From assembly GCF_024256425.1 (NCBI RefSeq), contig NC_071110.1, forward strand, positions 2,508,274 to 2,538,080: DNA of 29,807 nucleotides. Direction: 5' to 3'. Source of the DNA: Clarias gariepinus (lineage: Eukaryota). The first letter of the stretch is position 1; the number at the start of each line of letters is the position of its first letter. The notes beneath the pieces were generated by a model, which did no database searches, had not been told where the DNA came from, and was given only the letters and a program-made list of their open reading frames with translations. The position numbers and the translations under genes are program-made. Below, piece after piece: positions 11,993 to 22,557 of this stretch.

Positions 11993-12373
11993 CATTCCTC
12001 ACCTTTATATTGCCAACAGTCTGTTTCAGGTCCTCCACCTTTTTTTTTTATTTTCCTGGGTCCTCTGCTGGGATTGTTCCTGCTCAATTTTTAGTTCTTT
12101 CTTTCCAAATAAAAATTTAATTTTTCATTTTATTTAATTATATGCTCTCTAAAACTCTAATTTATTCTTCTGCATTGTAATTGATCGTAAAAATTCTGTT
12201 TCATCTACAATTTGTTAGAATTGGACTCTACTGCTCCATATCAATAGGAAGTGGGAGTGAATTAGCAAGACAGTGAGGTCCAAGAGATCCTCACCTTCTA
12301 AGCATTTCATCAGTGATGTTATGTAACTGTATTTCATTGCCTTGTAGCATACATGTGCAAGGACAACAAAGTC

Positions 12374-12397
12374 TAATCTAATCTAATCTAATCTAAA
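12374..12397. repeat. (CTAAT)n pentanucleotide repeat
   Basis: ctaatctaatctaatctaatctaa. Confidence 0.8.
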
Positions 12398-13080
12398 TGT
12401 AACAGCAAATGTCCACGTCTATCAAAAGCTTCTCAGCAGTCAGTCCACCTCCCCACCTTAATTGTTTTAAAAGTAACAGTACTTGTATTTGGTACTTCTG
12501 GCCCACATGTAAGTTATGCACATGTAGTGTTACAGATCACAGTAGACATTGACACACTGAGTTCACTTCACTCCAATCTATTCTCTCATCTCACATATCT
12601 CCGAAGTATCCTTCACAAAACTACTACCAGTAACCTCATGCACTCCCCCAGACCCAAACTGTGGTGGTATTTAAGCTCTAAAAATTCCAGTCCAGAAATC
12701 TGACTTCATCCTGGTTTTAGCTTCAGCCTTTTCTTTTTCCGGGCACTAAGTAAAACCTGGAGCACACCAGAAAGACCAGGGCAAAAGACCAGGTTTGCTT
12801 ATGTTATGGAGTTGTTGATTCTATAAGGTGTGTCTTGCATTGTCTCATCTTAAAATCCAAAAGGTGTTTAAATACACTGAATGATCTAATAAGTTAACAC
12901 CTTACAGTACATACAATAACAATTTGATATTAAATAAGAATTAACCAGATGGAAGTCATAGATCCATTTTAAATCAACTAAACACAACTAAACAAATTAT
13001 AAGTATCTGTGAAACTGACCCATTGACAGCAAATCATTAAAAAAGAGTTTTTAAAATTTTCAAATGCATATGCCTTTCAT

Positions 13081-13262
13081 GGGGACAGGGTGGCTTGGTG
13101 GTTAAGGTGGTTAAGGTGGACCAGGATGTCCCCAGTTCGAGCCTGACACTGTCAGGTTGCCACTATTGGACTCTTGAGCAGGGTCCTTCACCCCTCAGAT
13201 ACAGTGTTCAGGTACAATTGGGCATTAAGCTGGCGACCCAACCCTGTAAATAACTGTCACAG
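13081..13262 (+). mobile_element. tRNA-derived SINE (second family)
   Basis: tRNA-like head ggggacagggtggcttggtggttaagg...ggttcgagcc with an internal 10-bp duplication (ggttaaggtg x2), followed by a tail ...gggcattaagctggcgacccaaccctgtaaataactgtcacagg. Confidence 0.6.
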
Positions 13263-13489
13263 GAACAATGGATGTATATCTGAAGTGACAACACTTTCTG
13301 GCCAAAAAAAGCCACCGTTTGTATTTAATGAAGTGAATACTTAAGAGCCATGTATCGGATAATTACTGCAGTATTTATTATGTTTTAGCTGGCACCAACA
13401 ACTGATGCACTGAGTAGCATTGCATTCTTAAATCCATGTCGAAAGAAATATCCCATGATCATAAAAAAAAATTATTAAATTGTATGTAT

Positions 13490-14050
13490 ATAGCGCTTTA
13501 TATGACGTAAAGCAACTTTACAGAACTAAACAGACATGCATTTGCATAAGGTTACAAAAAATAAGTAAAAAATACAGTTCTATAGTTTATTTGTCAACAA
13601 AACTTCAGGTTGTCTTACAAACACACAAATAGAAACAGAAACTGTTGTCTAAATAAAGACAGGCAATAGTATTGGAATCTACTGTTTTAGTTCAGACCTG
13701 GTTTGTTGATTCTTGCTGTTCCACAGGGACTGAATAGATTCATTTTTAAAAAAACATAAGATTTAGCAATAACACATCAGACAAAACATTCTATAGTTTA
13801 AACTATGTACTTAATTTCAAACTACCTAACAAAAACTATAAAATGTCCCCTATGCAGATGAAAGTAAAATAATAATGATAAGAACTAACACACGCAAATA
13901 TGCAGCTTCCAGCCGTGAATTCAAACTACAAGTGGAGAATAGACGAGCCAATCCAGAAACCAAGAATGTGCACACCTCCAGTTTCTGATTGGCTGGTATT
14001 GCCCCAATTTTAGTTTCTGGTTGGCTGGAACTGTGGCAGAGTTCTAGCGC
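13490..14050 (+). repeat. Interspersed repeat with CCAAT-like TTTCTGATTGGCTGG motifs (paired with 19930-20175)
   Basis: ...ggttacaaaaaa.aagt..ctatagt.t...caacaaaacttca.gttgtct.acaaacacacaaa...ttcaaacta.aagtggagaa.a..gagc.aatccag.a.caa.aatgtgc...ctc.agtttctgattggctggt.tt is shared by both copies. The motif occurs twice in this copy. Confidence 0.6.
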
Positions 14051-14216
14051 TGCTGCAGTCCGAGCAAGTGTAGCAACAGTGTGATATTAGCATACTTATA
14101 CTTAATATATTAACTAATGGTACACTTTTTTGTTAGTATCTTTGCAATGTACTATAAAAGATTTGAATATATTTCTAATACACAAAAGTGTACTTTTTTC
14201 TTTAGGGTAGTTACTG

Positions 14217-14222
14217 TTTATT
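14217..14222 (-). terminator. Candidate AATAAA polyadenylation signal for the ftr gene
   Basis: Minus-strand AATAAA about 66 nt downstream of the exon-6 stop codon, in the context ttaaaataaacagtaac. Confidence 0.35.
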
Positions 14223-14287
14223 TTAAAGACTCATTCTACTGTACAATGGACATATTTTAATATATGCTAAACCCTTTTACTATTATG

Positions 14288-14811
14288 TCATTTTGGATCA
14301 CATAACTTTACAGTTGAGTTATAAAATACCCAGAACCCAGCATACAGAGTTTGAGTGAATGTGGTGTGGACTCTGTGGAGGAGCATCATCGTGTCAGAGA
14401 CATTGTAGAAGGACAGAGTTCCTTCACTGTGATCCACATACACTCCTATCCTGGAGAAGGCTGAACCTTGGATCTCGGTCTCAACATTGTTGTGCCAGAA
14501 AGAGACAGAAGTAGAAGAACATCGCAGGCTCCAGGACTGATTGTTCCGTCCAAACATACTCTCATCACCTCGTCCTTTCCTGCTGATCCCTTTGTATGAG
14601 ACTGCCATGTACACACCACCACTCCACTCCACCTCCCAGTAACAGCGTCCATACACACTCTCCTTACACAATGCCTGAACCCAATAGTCAAATCGCTCTG
14701 GATGATCAGAGTATTGTTGATCTGTCCCACTGCACACCATTGCTCTGTTCTTCTCCTTCAGAACAAGTTTAGGGTATGCCGTGTTAGGATCCAGGGTGAA
14801 ATATTTGAAAT
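14288..14811 (-). CDS. finTRIM (ftr) gene exon 6: B30.2/PRY-SPRY domain and stop
   Basis: (Y)FKYFTLDPNTAYPKLVLKEKNRAMVCSGTDQQYSDHPERFDYWVQALCKESVYGRCYWEVEWSGGVYMAVSYKGISRKGRGDESMFGRNNQSWSLRCSSTSVSFWHNNVETEIQGSAFSRIGVYVDHSEGTLSFYNVSDTMMLLHRVHTTFTQTLYAGFWVFYNSTVKLCDPK*. The acceptor is gttttttag|ATTTCAAAT in phase 2. The length is 524 nt, that is 2 + 174 codons. The exon is open from the acceptor to TGA. Confidence 0.8.
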
Positions 14812-15419
14812 CTAAAAAACAATAAATGTCACTGAAGGCTGCTCATTATAGGATTTATAATACATGTTTCTGTCCGATCAATTGTGTTGTTGTTTTTTTT
14901 TTTTTTGAAGATTTACTCCTTAATTTAGTCATACCTACTTTCCATCCGTTACTAGGGGGCTTTTATATTAAGGCTACTACTACGACTCAGAGAGAGCCAA
15001 AGACTATTACGTGTTTCCTCCGAACCGTGCACATGCTGCTAGCTAACCGCATCTTTTCAAACTCACGCTCACTCACTATTGAGGGTGGCGTAACACACTC
15101 GGAGAACAGCACTATCTTCTCCTTACCCCTGTGAGAGCTCACAGATACCCCTGATTGGCTGTAGAGCCGTGATTGATGTGATAGTCTTGACCACCCCCAT
15201 CCCACTCCCGCTGAGGGAGCTCAGTCAAGACCCTGGCTGACCATCGCAAGCTCTCTCTCGACCCTGGCTGAGGCTGCAGCATCACCGGGGAATGACTCAT
15301 TATCTCTATATGATATCGCAAGCACTTTAACACTGTGCTACTTGGGGGCCATAATTGTGGTTTAATATTACCCAACATCACCCCTCAAGTTCAAATGTGT
15401 AGCTAAACATTTACACTTA

Positions 15420-15476
15420 CACTGCAGGAAATCCTTTCTGCTTTTCGGTTCAGAGAGCAACATCTGACCTGCTGAA
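15420..15476 (-). CDS. finTRIM gene exon 5 (57 nt)
   Basis: tcttcacag|CTTCAGCAGG...TTCCTGCAGT|gtaagtg. With phase 1 in and phase 1 out it encodes (A)SAGQMLLSEPKSRKDFLQ(Y), which links ...ISKILSE to FKYFTLDPNTA. The acceptor and donor are consensus-like. The exon is small, so alternative positions cannot be excluded. Confidence 0.5.
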
Positions 15477-15769
15477 GCTGTGAAGACAGAGACAAAGTGG
15501 AGATAAGAATAATGTGGAAACAGTGGAAAGAATAAATATGAAAAATTTTATTCCTTCCTGGTTTCAGAGTGGCACCTCAATAACAGATATTATTTATGGT
15601 GATATCTTTGTGTAATATGTGGGTTGACTAGTGGGTAAAATCAGTATTAGATTTCAAGGCATAATTCTTGTTACATGCAAACAGGATTACATAAATATAT
15701 ACTGTACACCGCCTGGCCAAAATCAAATATACTAATATTTTGTTTGCCGTCCTTGTTTTGATAATAGAC

Positions 15770-15900
15770 ATGACATCCTTTATGTAAAATTGTGGACTGT
15801 GGGAGGAAACCGGAGTAGCCGAGAGAAACCCACCAACCCACTCCAACTCTACCCACAGACCAAATGTGGGATTTGAACCCACAACACTACTGTGCCATCT
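15770..15900 (+). repeat. Teleost interspersed repeat fragment
   Basis: gactgtgggaggaaaccggagtagccgagagaaacccaccaacccactccaactctacccacagaccaaatgtgggatttgaacccacaac resembles the common fish repeat ...ggactgtgggaggaaaccggagcacccggaggaaacccacg.... Confidence 0.5.
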
Positions 15901-16139
15901 GTGTATATTTTTCATTACCCTTTAAAAAAGCAATATTTTAGCTTTTAAAATGATTAAATATCATACATCATGATTACGCTGTTTATTCATTTACTGCAAA
16001 CCCTCTGATAGACCCAGTGACTTTTATGGGTGTCTGTGGCGGATTCAAGTACACCTAGTTTTAACAAATGTTTGACAAATAGTGTTAATCTAATTTAAAT
16101 AAAGTCTTTTGAGTCTCTGAATTATAAGAACTTGTTTAC

Positions 16140-16299
16140 CTTCTGAAAGAATTTTGCTGATTTTTTTCCCACAGATTTCCTCGATTTGTTTTTTTAGACG
16201 TGAGAGCGATTTCATCACTCCATCAAATGTGAGATGTTGATTGACAGTGAAGCTGGGTGAGTCCTCACATCCAGGAGAAACACAGAGAGACGGGAAACT
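16140..16299 (-). CDS. finTRIM gene exon 4 (160 nt)
   Basis: ctgtag|AGTTTCCCG...TTTCAGAAG|gtaaac. It encodes SFPSLCVSPGCEDSPSFTVNQHLTFDGVMKSLSRLKKQIEEICGKKISKILSE plus 1 nt, and matches the ftr/btr linker between the coiled coil and the B30.2 domain (SF.SL...P......S..V.........V..S...L...LE.FC..E..KIS). Confidence 0.65.
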
Positions 16300-16487
16300 C
16301 TACAGAGAGGAAACACATCATAGAGAAGGAGAAAAGTGTAGGAGAGGAACGAATGAATCTCAGACTGAATCAGACCAAAGACACACTTGTGATCTCAGAC
16401 AGGAACATTTATTGTTGCTGTAATGAGCTTTTAGGAGGAAACTTTGTGAGGAACAGCGCCCTCTGTAGATCAGACAGTGAGTGTTAC

Positions 16488-16721
16488 CTGGAGGAAGTGG
16501 ATGTCATCGTGTGTGTGTGAAAGCTGTTCCAGCTCAGTGACTCTCCTCTTAAGATCAGCAATCTCCTGCTCCAGTTGCTTCAGGAGTCGTTCAGCTCGAC
16601 TCAGTTCAGCTTTCTCCTGAACTCTGATCAGCTCCGTCACCTCCGAGCGCTTTTTCTCCATAAGGCTGATCAGCTCAGTAAAGATCCTCTCATTCTCATC
16701 TACTGCTGCCTGTGAACGCCT
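16488..16721 (-). CDS. finTRIM gene exon 3 (234 nt, coiled coil)
   Basis: ttctaacag|AGGCGTTCA...TTCCTCCAG|gtaaca. It encodes RRSQAAVDENERIFTELISLMEKKRSEVTELIRVQEKAELSRAERLLKQLEQEIADLKRRVTELEQLSHTHDDIHFLQ, 78 codons in phase 0. The 234-nt length equals the canonical ftr exon 3 and the sequence closely matches the ftr consensus. Confidence 0.8.
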
Positions 16722-16728
16722 CTGTTAG

Positions 16729-16845
16729 AACACACACACACACAGACGCACACACAGACACACATACACAAAGAACTTTCTTATAAAATCAGATCCTTTT
16801 TTGTTTTTTTTGTGTGTGTGTGTGTGGGGGGGGGGTGGTCGGGGG
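16729..16845. repeat. (CA)n / (GT)n / poly-G compound microsatellite abutting the exon-3 acceptor
   Basis: acacacacacacagacgcacacacagacacacatacaca ... tgtgtgtgtgtgtgtgggggggggtggtcggggggt. On the minus strand this places a (TG)n tract immediately 5' of the exon-3 acceptor. Confidence 0.85.
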
Positions 16846-16989
16846 GTAAAGCATGGGGTTAGCCCAAGTAAATAAAAGTATGTGCAGGCCAAAGCATACT
16901 TAAGTGTATCTTCTATAACGCTTTCTCCTGTATACAGGCGACCTGGAGCCTATTCCAAGAGGCTTAGGGCATGAGGCAGGGTACAGTAC

Positions 16990-17270
16990 ATCCTGGACAT
17001 TCCTCCAAAGCAGGAGAGATCTCCTCTAGAGCAGTGATGTTTTGGGGCTGTCGCTGGGCAACATGGACTTTCAACTCCCTCCAAAGTTTTTCCATGGGGT
17101 TGAGATCTGGAAACTAGCTAGGCCACTGCAGGACCTTGAACTGCTTCGTTCCCTGGTGGTTTGTTTCGGATTATTGTCATGCTGAAAGACCCAGCCACAT
17201 TTTATTCCCAATGCCCTTGCTAATGGAAGGAGGTTCTCACTCAAAATCTTACGATACTTGGCCCCAGTAG
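16990..17270 (-). mobile_element. Tc1-like transposase C-terminal fragment
   Basis: Minus-strand translation contains ...[35 protein letters not shown]..., the Tc1 DDE C-terminal signature (LEWPSQSPDLNPIENLW..LK..V..R.P.N...L). Confidence 0.65.
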
Positions 17271-17379
17271 TATTAATGTCCTATTGTGTTACTGTTACTG
17301 TCAGTGAATATCTGTCCTGGTCCCTTATAGTCCAGGACAGATATTGGAAATTGGATGCTAATTAACTTCCTTCTGCCTA

Positions 17380-18095
17380 ATCCTGATAAGAGAGAAGTTC
17401 TAGTCATAGGACCGCATACAGCTAGAAGTAAGATTTTAGATTACTCTGTAACTTTAGATGGCCTTTCTGTTCCATCAAGTGCAACAGTAAAAGACCTCTG
17501 TGTGATTATAGACTCCAGCCTAATATAGATAATATTATCAGGATAGCATTCTTTCACCTCAGAAATATTGCCAAGATAAGAAATATATTGTCGCTAAACG
17601 ATGCAGAAAAACTAGTTCATGCTTTTATCACCTCTAGGTTGGACTATTGTAATGCCTTACTGTCTGGTTGTTCAACTACTGTAGGTGCATAAACAAGCTT
17701 CAGCTAGTCCAGAATGCAGCAGCGAGAGTCCTCACTAGAACCAGAAGATATGAGCACATCACACCTACCTTATCTTTACTTCATTGGCTCCCTGTAAAAT
17801 TTTGCATTGTTTTTAAAACACTACGTTTGACATAAAGTATTAAATGGTCTCCCACCGCAGTATCTGAGTGAACTGCTAGTGTCTTACAAACCGCCACGCC
17901 TACTTCGATTGAAGGATGCAGGCTGCTTGTCAGTACCGCGTATTATGAAAAATACAGCTGGGGGCAGAGCTTTTTCTTACAAAGCCCCAAAGTTATGGAA
18001 TAGTCTTCCAAATAGTGTTCGGGACTCAGACACAGTCTCAGTGTTTAAGTCCAGGCTAAAAACCTATTTATTTAATCAAGCATTTTTATAAATAG
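17380..18095 (+). mobile_element. Non-LTR retrotransposon 3'-terminal fragment
   Basis: Translation reads ...NILSLNDAEKLVHAFITSRLDYCNALLSGCS...LQLVQNAAARVLTRTRRYEHITPTLSLLHWLPVKF.IVFKTL ... GGRAFSYKAPKLWNSLPNSVRDSDTVSVFKSRLKTYLFNQAFL*. This is the conserved tail of fish LINE-associated elements (AF..A.P.LWN.LP..IR.A.SL..FK..LKTHLF). Confidence 0.65.
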
Positions 18096-18394
18096 ATTAG
18101 CCTTAGGTAAAGGAGCAGATCTGGGGGACTCATGGACGTAGAGTATTAGGTGAACTGGTATGTTTAGATCCTGTCTTCCTCACTCTCATTGATCACTCAG
18201 GTTTGCTGACGGTGAGGTGATTGGTTGCTTTACATCTCAGGAAGCCCTCATGTCTGTGTTTCCTTCTGGCTCTCCCTTTTAGTTATGCTGTCATAGTTAG
18301 TCCTGCCGGAGTCTCTGCTTGCACTCTACAGTAAATATACATTTACATTATACATTGTATGACTGTGACCAGACCTAACTGGTATCTCTTCTCT

Positions 18395-18470
18395 TCTGCT
18401 CTCTCTACTGCTCTTTCTCTTCCCTCTCTCCTTCCCTCTCTCCCTTTCCCTCTCTCTGTCGAGCTACACA
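18395..18470. repeat. CT-rich low-complexity tract (CTCTCC/CCTCTCT)n
   Basis: tctcttctgctctctctactgctctttctcttccctctctccttccctctctccctttccctctctctg. Confidence 0.8.
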
Positions 18471-19018
18471 TGTCGTTCCTAAGCTGCCAGTGATCCAGAC
18501 TCCCTCTGCCCTCCGGACCTGTCTGACTCATCCTGGTGCCCCGCTTCTGGTTGGAGATCTTGTCACATGGATGCCCCGTGTGTCTCTTTGGGATGCGTCT
18601 CGTGTCTGGTGATGGTTATCTTGACCTAGAAGACGGTTCTGGACTGGAATTTTTATACAAGTCCACCTGAGTTTTCAATAACTAACTGGACTCCATATTT
18701 ACATCAATTAACATCAACTGTTAAGCTGAACTGCCTGCCAACTAACACACAGTATAAATGCAGATCAATTCCTGCTTTCTGTTTCACCCAAATGAGGATG
18801 GGTTCCCCGTTGAGTCTGGTTCCTTTCAAGCTTTCTTCCTACTACCATCTCACAGAGTTTTTCCTTGCCACTGTCGCAAAAGATTTCCTGTGGCGCTCTG
18901 TGGAACATTTTACGTAATCAGTCTCTGGCTAAAATTGCTCCTCTGGTTAGCGAAAACCCTGTATAGTGGGTGAGAAGGATTGTTCAAAATGGATTGTACT
19001 TTGGAAAGAATCCTCCTC

Positions 19019-19780
19019 CTAGCTACTTTTCATTTCGGCCTTTTTAATTGCCTTGTCCAGTCTGTTCGTATCAAACACCTTCATGTTACAGCCCCAACAG
19101 ACCACAGCGTAAAAAATGACACTCGCCACAACGGTTCCATAAAACATCCGTAGAATGGTGTTACACCATTGGAGTAGGTGTATTATGGTGTCCTTTACTC
19201 CCATGAAAGGCTGATAGGCAAACTGAAGAGGGTCCAGAGAGGACTTCACCAGGGGACGAAGTGCATCCAGGATCAGTCTCTCCAACACCTTCATAATGTG
19301 CAATTTCAAAGCAACAGGCCTGTAGTCATTCTGGGCACAGGAACGTGATATTTTGGGGACCAATACAATACATGATTGTATTTCCACAATGCAGAGACTT
19401 TCTGTAGAGACAGACTTAAGGCTAAAGGGGTACTGGAGGACACCACAGAGTTGGGGAGCACAAGATTTCAGGACTCTGGGATTTATCTTGTCCGGACCAG
19501 CTTTACAGCTTTTGTAGGGCTGAGCTTGCTTAGGCCATATTTGACCTGATCCACTGAGATATTGAATGAGGGGAGTGCAGGAGTAGTGAATGTTTTTGTG
19601 TAGGGGAGGACATGGGAGCAGGAAGGTGGATTGGGGCTGAAGCTGGGGAAAGTGTGAGACATGGGGACATCAAATCTATTAAAGAAAGTGTTGAGATTGT
19701 TTGCAAATTCCACATTCCCCTCAATAGCCTTGCAGCTTGTCTTATAGCCATGGTGCTCCCCATGCCCCTCCACACCTCTC
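19019..19780 (-). mobile_element. L2/CR1-like LINE RT fragment with an internal deletion
   Basis: ORF 19483-19773 ends LSPTKAVKLVRTR (the ...KAAGPDGI.PR.LK region). ORF 19019-19387 reads IVLVPKISRSCAQNDYRPVALKLHIMKVLERLILDALRPLVKSSLDPLQFAYQPFMGVKDTIIHLLQ joined directly to ...FYGTVVASVIFYAVVCWG...LDKAIKKA. The RT N-terminal and C-terminal motifs are therefore juxtaposed and the core is missing. Confidence 0.7.
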
Positions 19781-19789
19781 TCGTGTTGT

Positions 19790-19900
19790 TTTGATTTAGC
19801 CTTTTTTTCCAGTTATTTTCCCAATCCAGACATTCTCCCAGTTCTCTTCTGGATCATCCAAATGCTCTCTAGCAAACTTTAGACGGGCCGGGACATGTTA
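19790..19900. mobile_element. Tc1-like element fragment
   Basis: ccaaatgctctctagcaaactttagacgggccgggacatgtt matches the Tc1-like segment also seen at 26700-26760 (ttttggcaaacttcagacgggctgccatgtgtc). Confidence 0.4.
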
Positions 19901-19929
19901 CATGTTATCAGTAATGATTAGGCAGATTT

Positions 19930-20175
19930 TATTCATAAGGTTAACAGATTTAATTTGCACACGGTTACAAAAAAAAAGTTTCTATAGTCTTCAACAAAAC
20001 TTCACGTTGTCTCACAAACACACAAACAAAAATATAAATTTTGTCTGAACAAAACAGGCATGTTTAATCAAGAATTCAAACTAGAAGTGGAGAACAACAG
20101 AGCTAATCCAGGAGCAAAAAATGTGCCTGCCTCTAGTTTCTGATTGGCTGGTGTTCACTAGGGAAGTGACGCTGG
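19930..20175 (+). repeat. Second copy of the 13490-14050 repeat, ending about 20 bp from the ftr exon 2 donor
   Basis: See 13490-14050. It contains one TTTCTGATTGGCTGG motif (20137-20151). Confidence 0.6.
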
Positions 20176-20196
20176 TAGTATTTTCTCACTCCTCAC

Positions 20197-20292
20197 CTTA
20201 ATAGTGGTCACAGTCTTTTCCAGCTCCTGCACCTCCTTCTGCTTCTTCTGGATCCTTGTCTGGGATTTCATCTGCTCCTCATTTAGCTCATT
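20197..20292 (-). CDS. finTRIM gene exon 2 (96 nt, coiled coil)
   Basis: ttctcag|AATGAGCTAAAT...ACTATTAAG|gtgaggagtgag. It encodes NELNEEQMKSQTRIQKKQKEVQELEKTVTTIK in phase 0. The 96-nt length is the hallmark ftr exon 2. The other two frames contain stops. Confidence 0.7.
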
Positions 20293-21399
20293 CTGAGAAA
20301 AAAGACATACATTTTATTAATTCTATGTTAAGGGCTAACTGTGTGAATATTAACTTTAGGTACAGATTTACACTTCCTGTAACTTCATATAACTCCCCAT
20401 CTCTTTCTTCCTGCACTACAGATGAAGGTTTTATATTATGGGGCTTTCCTCAGTTCATACCCTGCATCAGACAAAGAGTTTTTCAGCTATCAGTACTCAC
20501 CAATCTCTGTTTGATATCCTTGATATACATTATGAGCAGCTACTGTTTTTTTTATAGCTATGCACGCCTGTTTGGGCAACAATATTTAATATGACAGCTG
20601 TGGTTTCCACGCATTAGTTTCAATCAGTTTATCAACTGACTACCATCACTATTTCAAATAAACCCTATTGGCTAATTGTTATTGATAAATCTTGCTATCA
20701 AGACTTTTAGATGTATAACCGCATATGACATTAGGTAATTAAATTTTAACAACAAAAACAACAGTCAATTGTTATTTTAAGATAGTTCTTGCAAGAAAAG
20801 TATTGGGTCAAGTGCATTTTTAAAACCCATCAATGATGAAACTGTCTCTCATGAAGACCTTCCCAGGAAAACAAGACCAAAACTGAGCTCTGCTGCAGAG
20901 GAGAAGTTCATTTAGAGTCACCAGCCTCAGAAATCACCAATTAACAACCAGCACCTCAGATTAGAGCCGTTATGAAGCTTTACAGAGCAGAAGGAGCAGA
21001 TAAACATCTCAAAATCAACTTTTCAAATAAGATTATTGTTTATAAATTGTCTCCTGTTTAAAGGATATATTTTGGATATTTTGGTGTGTCCAAACTTTCA
21101 AACTTTTGACAGAGGTGCTACCACAGTTGTAAAATGGGAATAAATTCAGTGATAATCACTATTGGCCTCCATGGTCCTATAAGGGAGCACCATTAGAGGT
21201 CGCTGTTTGTCATTTGTAGTTTTTGTTGGCTGACTCAGTTTCCCAGAAGGCACGTCGGTCAGGTGATGCGAGTGCACACCTGAGCTGAGGTAGCCATTAG
21301 TCCATCTACAAAATAGCTGTTTAGTCTGGGAAACTGGGTCGAGCATTATCATTTACACGACTGTCATTTATGTGGGCATTTTGTGTTGTTTTTGTTAAG

Positions 21400-22120
21400 T
21401 TTGTATTTTGATTTACGTTATGGTTGAGTTGGGCTCTCATATTGGGAATGTTTCCTGTATATGTTCTGTGTGTCTATGTTTTTGGAGCTGATTCAGTCAT
21501 GTCATGTGTAGTGAAGTTCATGTGTATGTGAGTATTGTGGTTCTTGTCCCTCTGTTTTCGTGTGTGTTTAGGTAGAGCAGGTAAGTAGCTAGGTGTGTGT
21601 TTGGCTACTGTAGGAGCGTGTTTAGCTAAAAATCAAATGTTGAGCTAACTGTCATGCTTCTAGCCATAGCCCCTTTGTGTCTCTAGCCTTTGTGTTTCCT
21701 GCCTCCCTGGTTTCCCGGTGAGCCTAGCCTTTGAGTGTCCCTCATCTGTGTTTCTGTGCCCCGATTCCCTAGTGTTGTGTTGAGCTATTAGGTAAGTGTA
21801 GCTTAGTGCATGTCGGGCTAAAGACATGCTTAGCTAGATGTATGTGTAGCTGACTGTCATGGTTAGCTAATAGCCATGTCTAGCTCATTGCCATGTCTTT
21901 AGCCCTAGCCCTGTCTCTCGTCTGTCTTTAGCCCTAGTCCTGTCTCAGCTTCACGCATAGTTTGTGTCCTGTCACGTGTTTCGCCACAGGGTGTTTGCTA
22001 GGAGTCCTTCAGCCTGTTTTTCGCTACAGAGCTTGAACATAGTGTAACGGGTATTAGAGCCTGTTGGTGTCCCTTAGTCTGTGTCCTGCCTGAGAGCCGA
22101 TGTTATTAAGTTTTGTTTGA
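21400..22120. repeat. Internally repetitive low-complexity block in ftr intron 1 (tagctaa / tagcc / gtctttagccctagccctgtctc motifs)
   Basis: Recurring short motifs, for example ...gtctttagccctagccctgtctctcgtctgtctttagccctagtcctgtctc..., and multiple ttagcta / gtgtagct repeats. There is no coding potential. Confidence 0.5.
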
Positions 22121-22557
22121 GTTTGTTCCTTTGTTTGTTTTGTGTAGCAGCAATAAAATAGAGCTATGAAATTAGAATAAAAAAGATAGAGGATGGCATT
22201 AAAAATGGCATTTATGGGGCTTGTATTTAAATGTTAAGGAAACTTTGAGTTTGTGATGAAGGCCCTTTGAGAGATTACTTGCACTATTACTCACTTACTC
22301 CAGTAAGCCTAACACCTACATGTCAGAGTTCACAATACATCTGAGAATCGTTGATGTCATGAATGAACTGACAATTACATTTGTTGACAGATAATTTGAT
22401 TATAGATTTTAATTTTAAAAAGATTTTAATGTATATTCACATTCAAGTAAAACACAGTCATATATGCTAATAAAACAACTGAATAAAACTAGATTAGAAA
22501 CAGAATCTGCATAAATTTACATTAATGAAATGAAGAATAACATTGTCCAGTTCTCAC

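Noticed and set aside
14826-15381. Several ORFs of 72-102 aa on both strands inside ftr intron 5
   Set aside because: They have no motif content and no splice context. The only convincing coding segment in this interval is the 57-nt exon 5 at 15420-15476.
20256-20594. 112-aa plus-strand ORF overlapping ftr exon 2 region
   Set aside because: It is antisense to and overlaps the 96-nt coiled-coil exon and its intron, with no domain similarity.
21146-21352. 68-aa minus-strand ORF in ftr intron 1
   Set aside because: It has no recognisable motif or splice context and sits in an otherwise non-coding intronic interval with a low-complexity block just beyond it.
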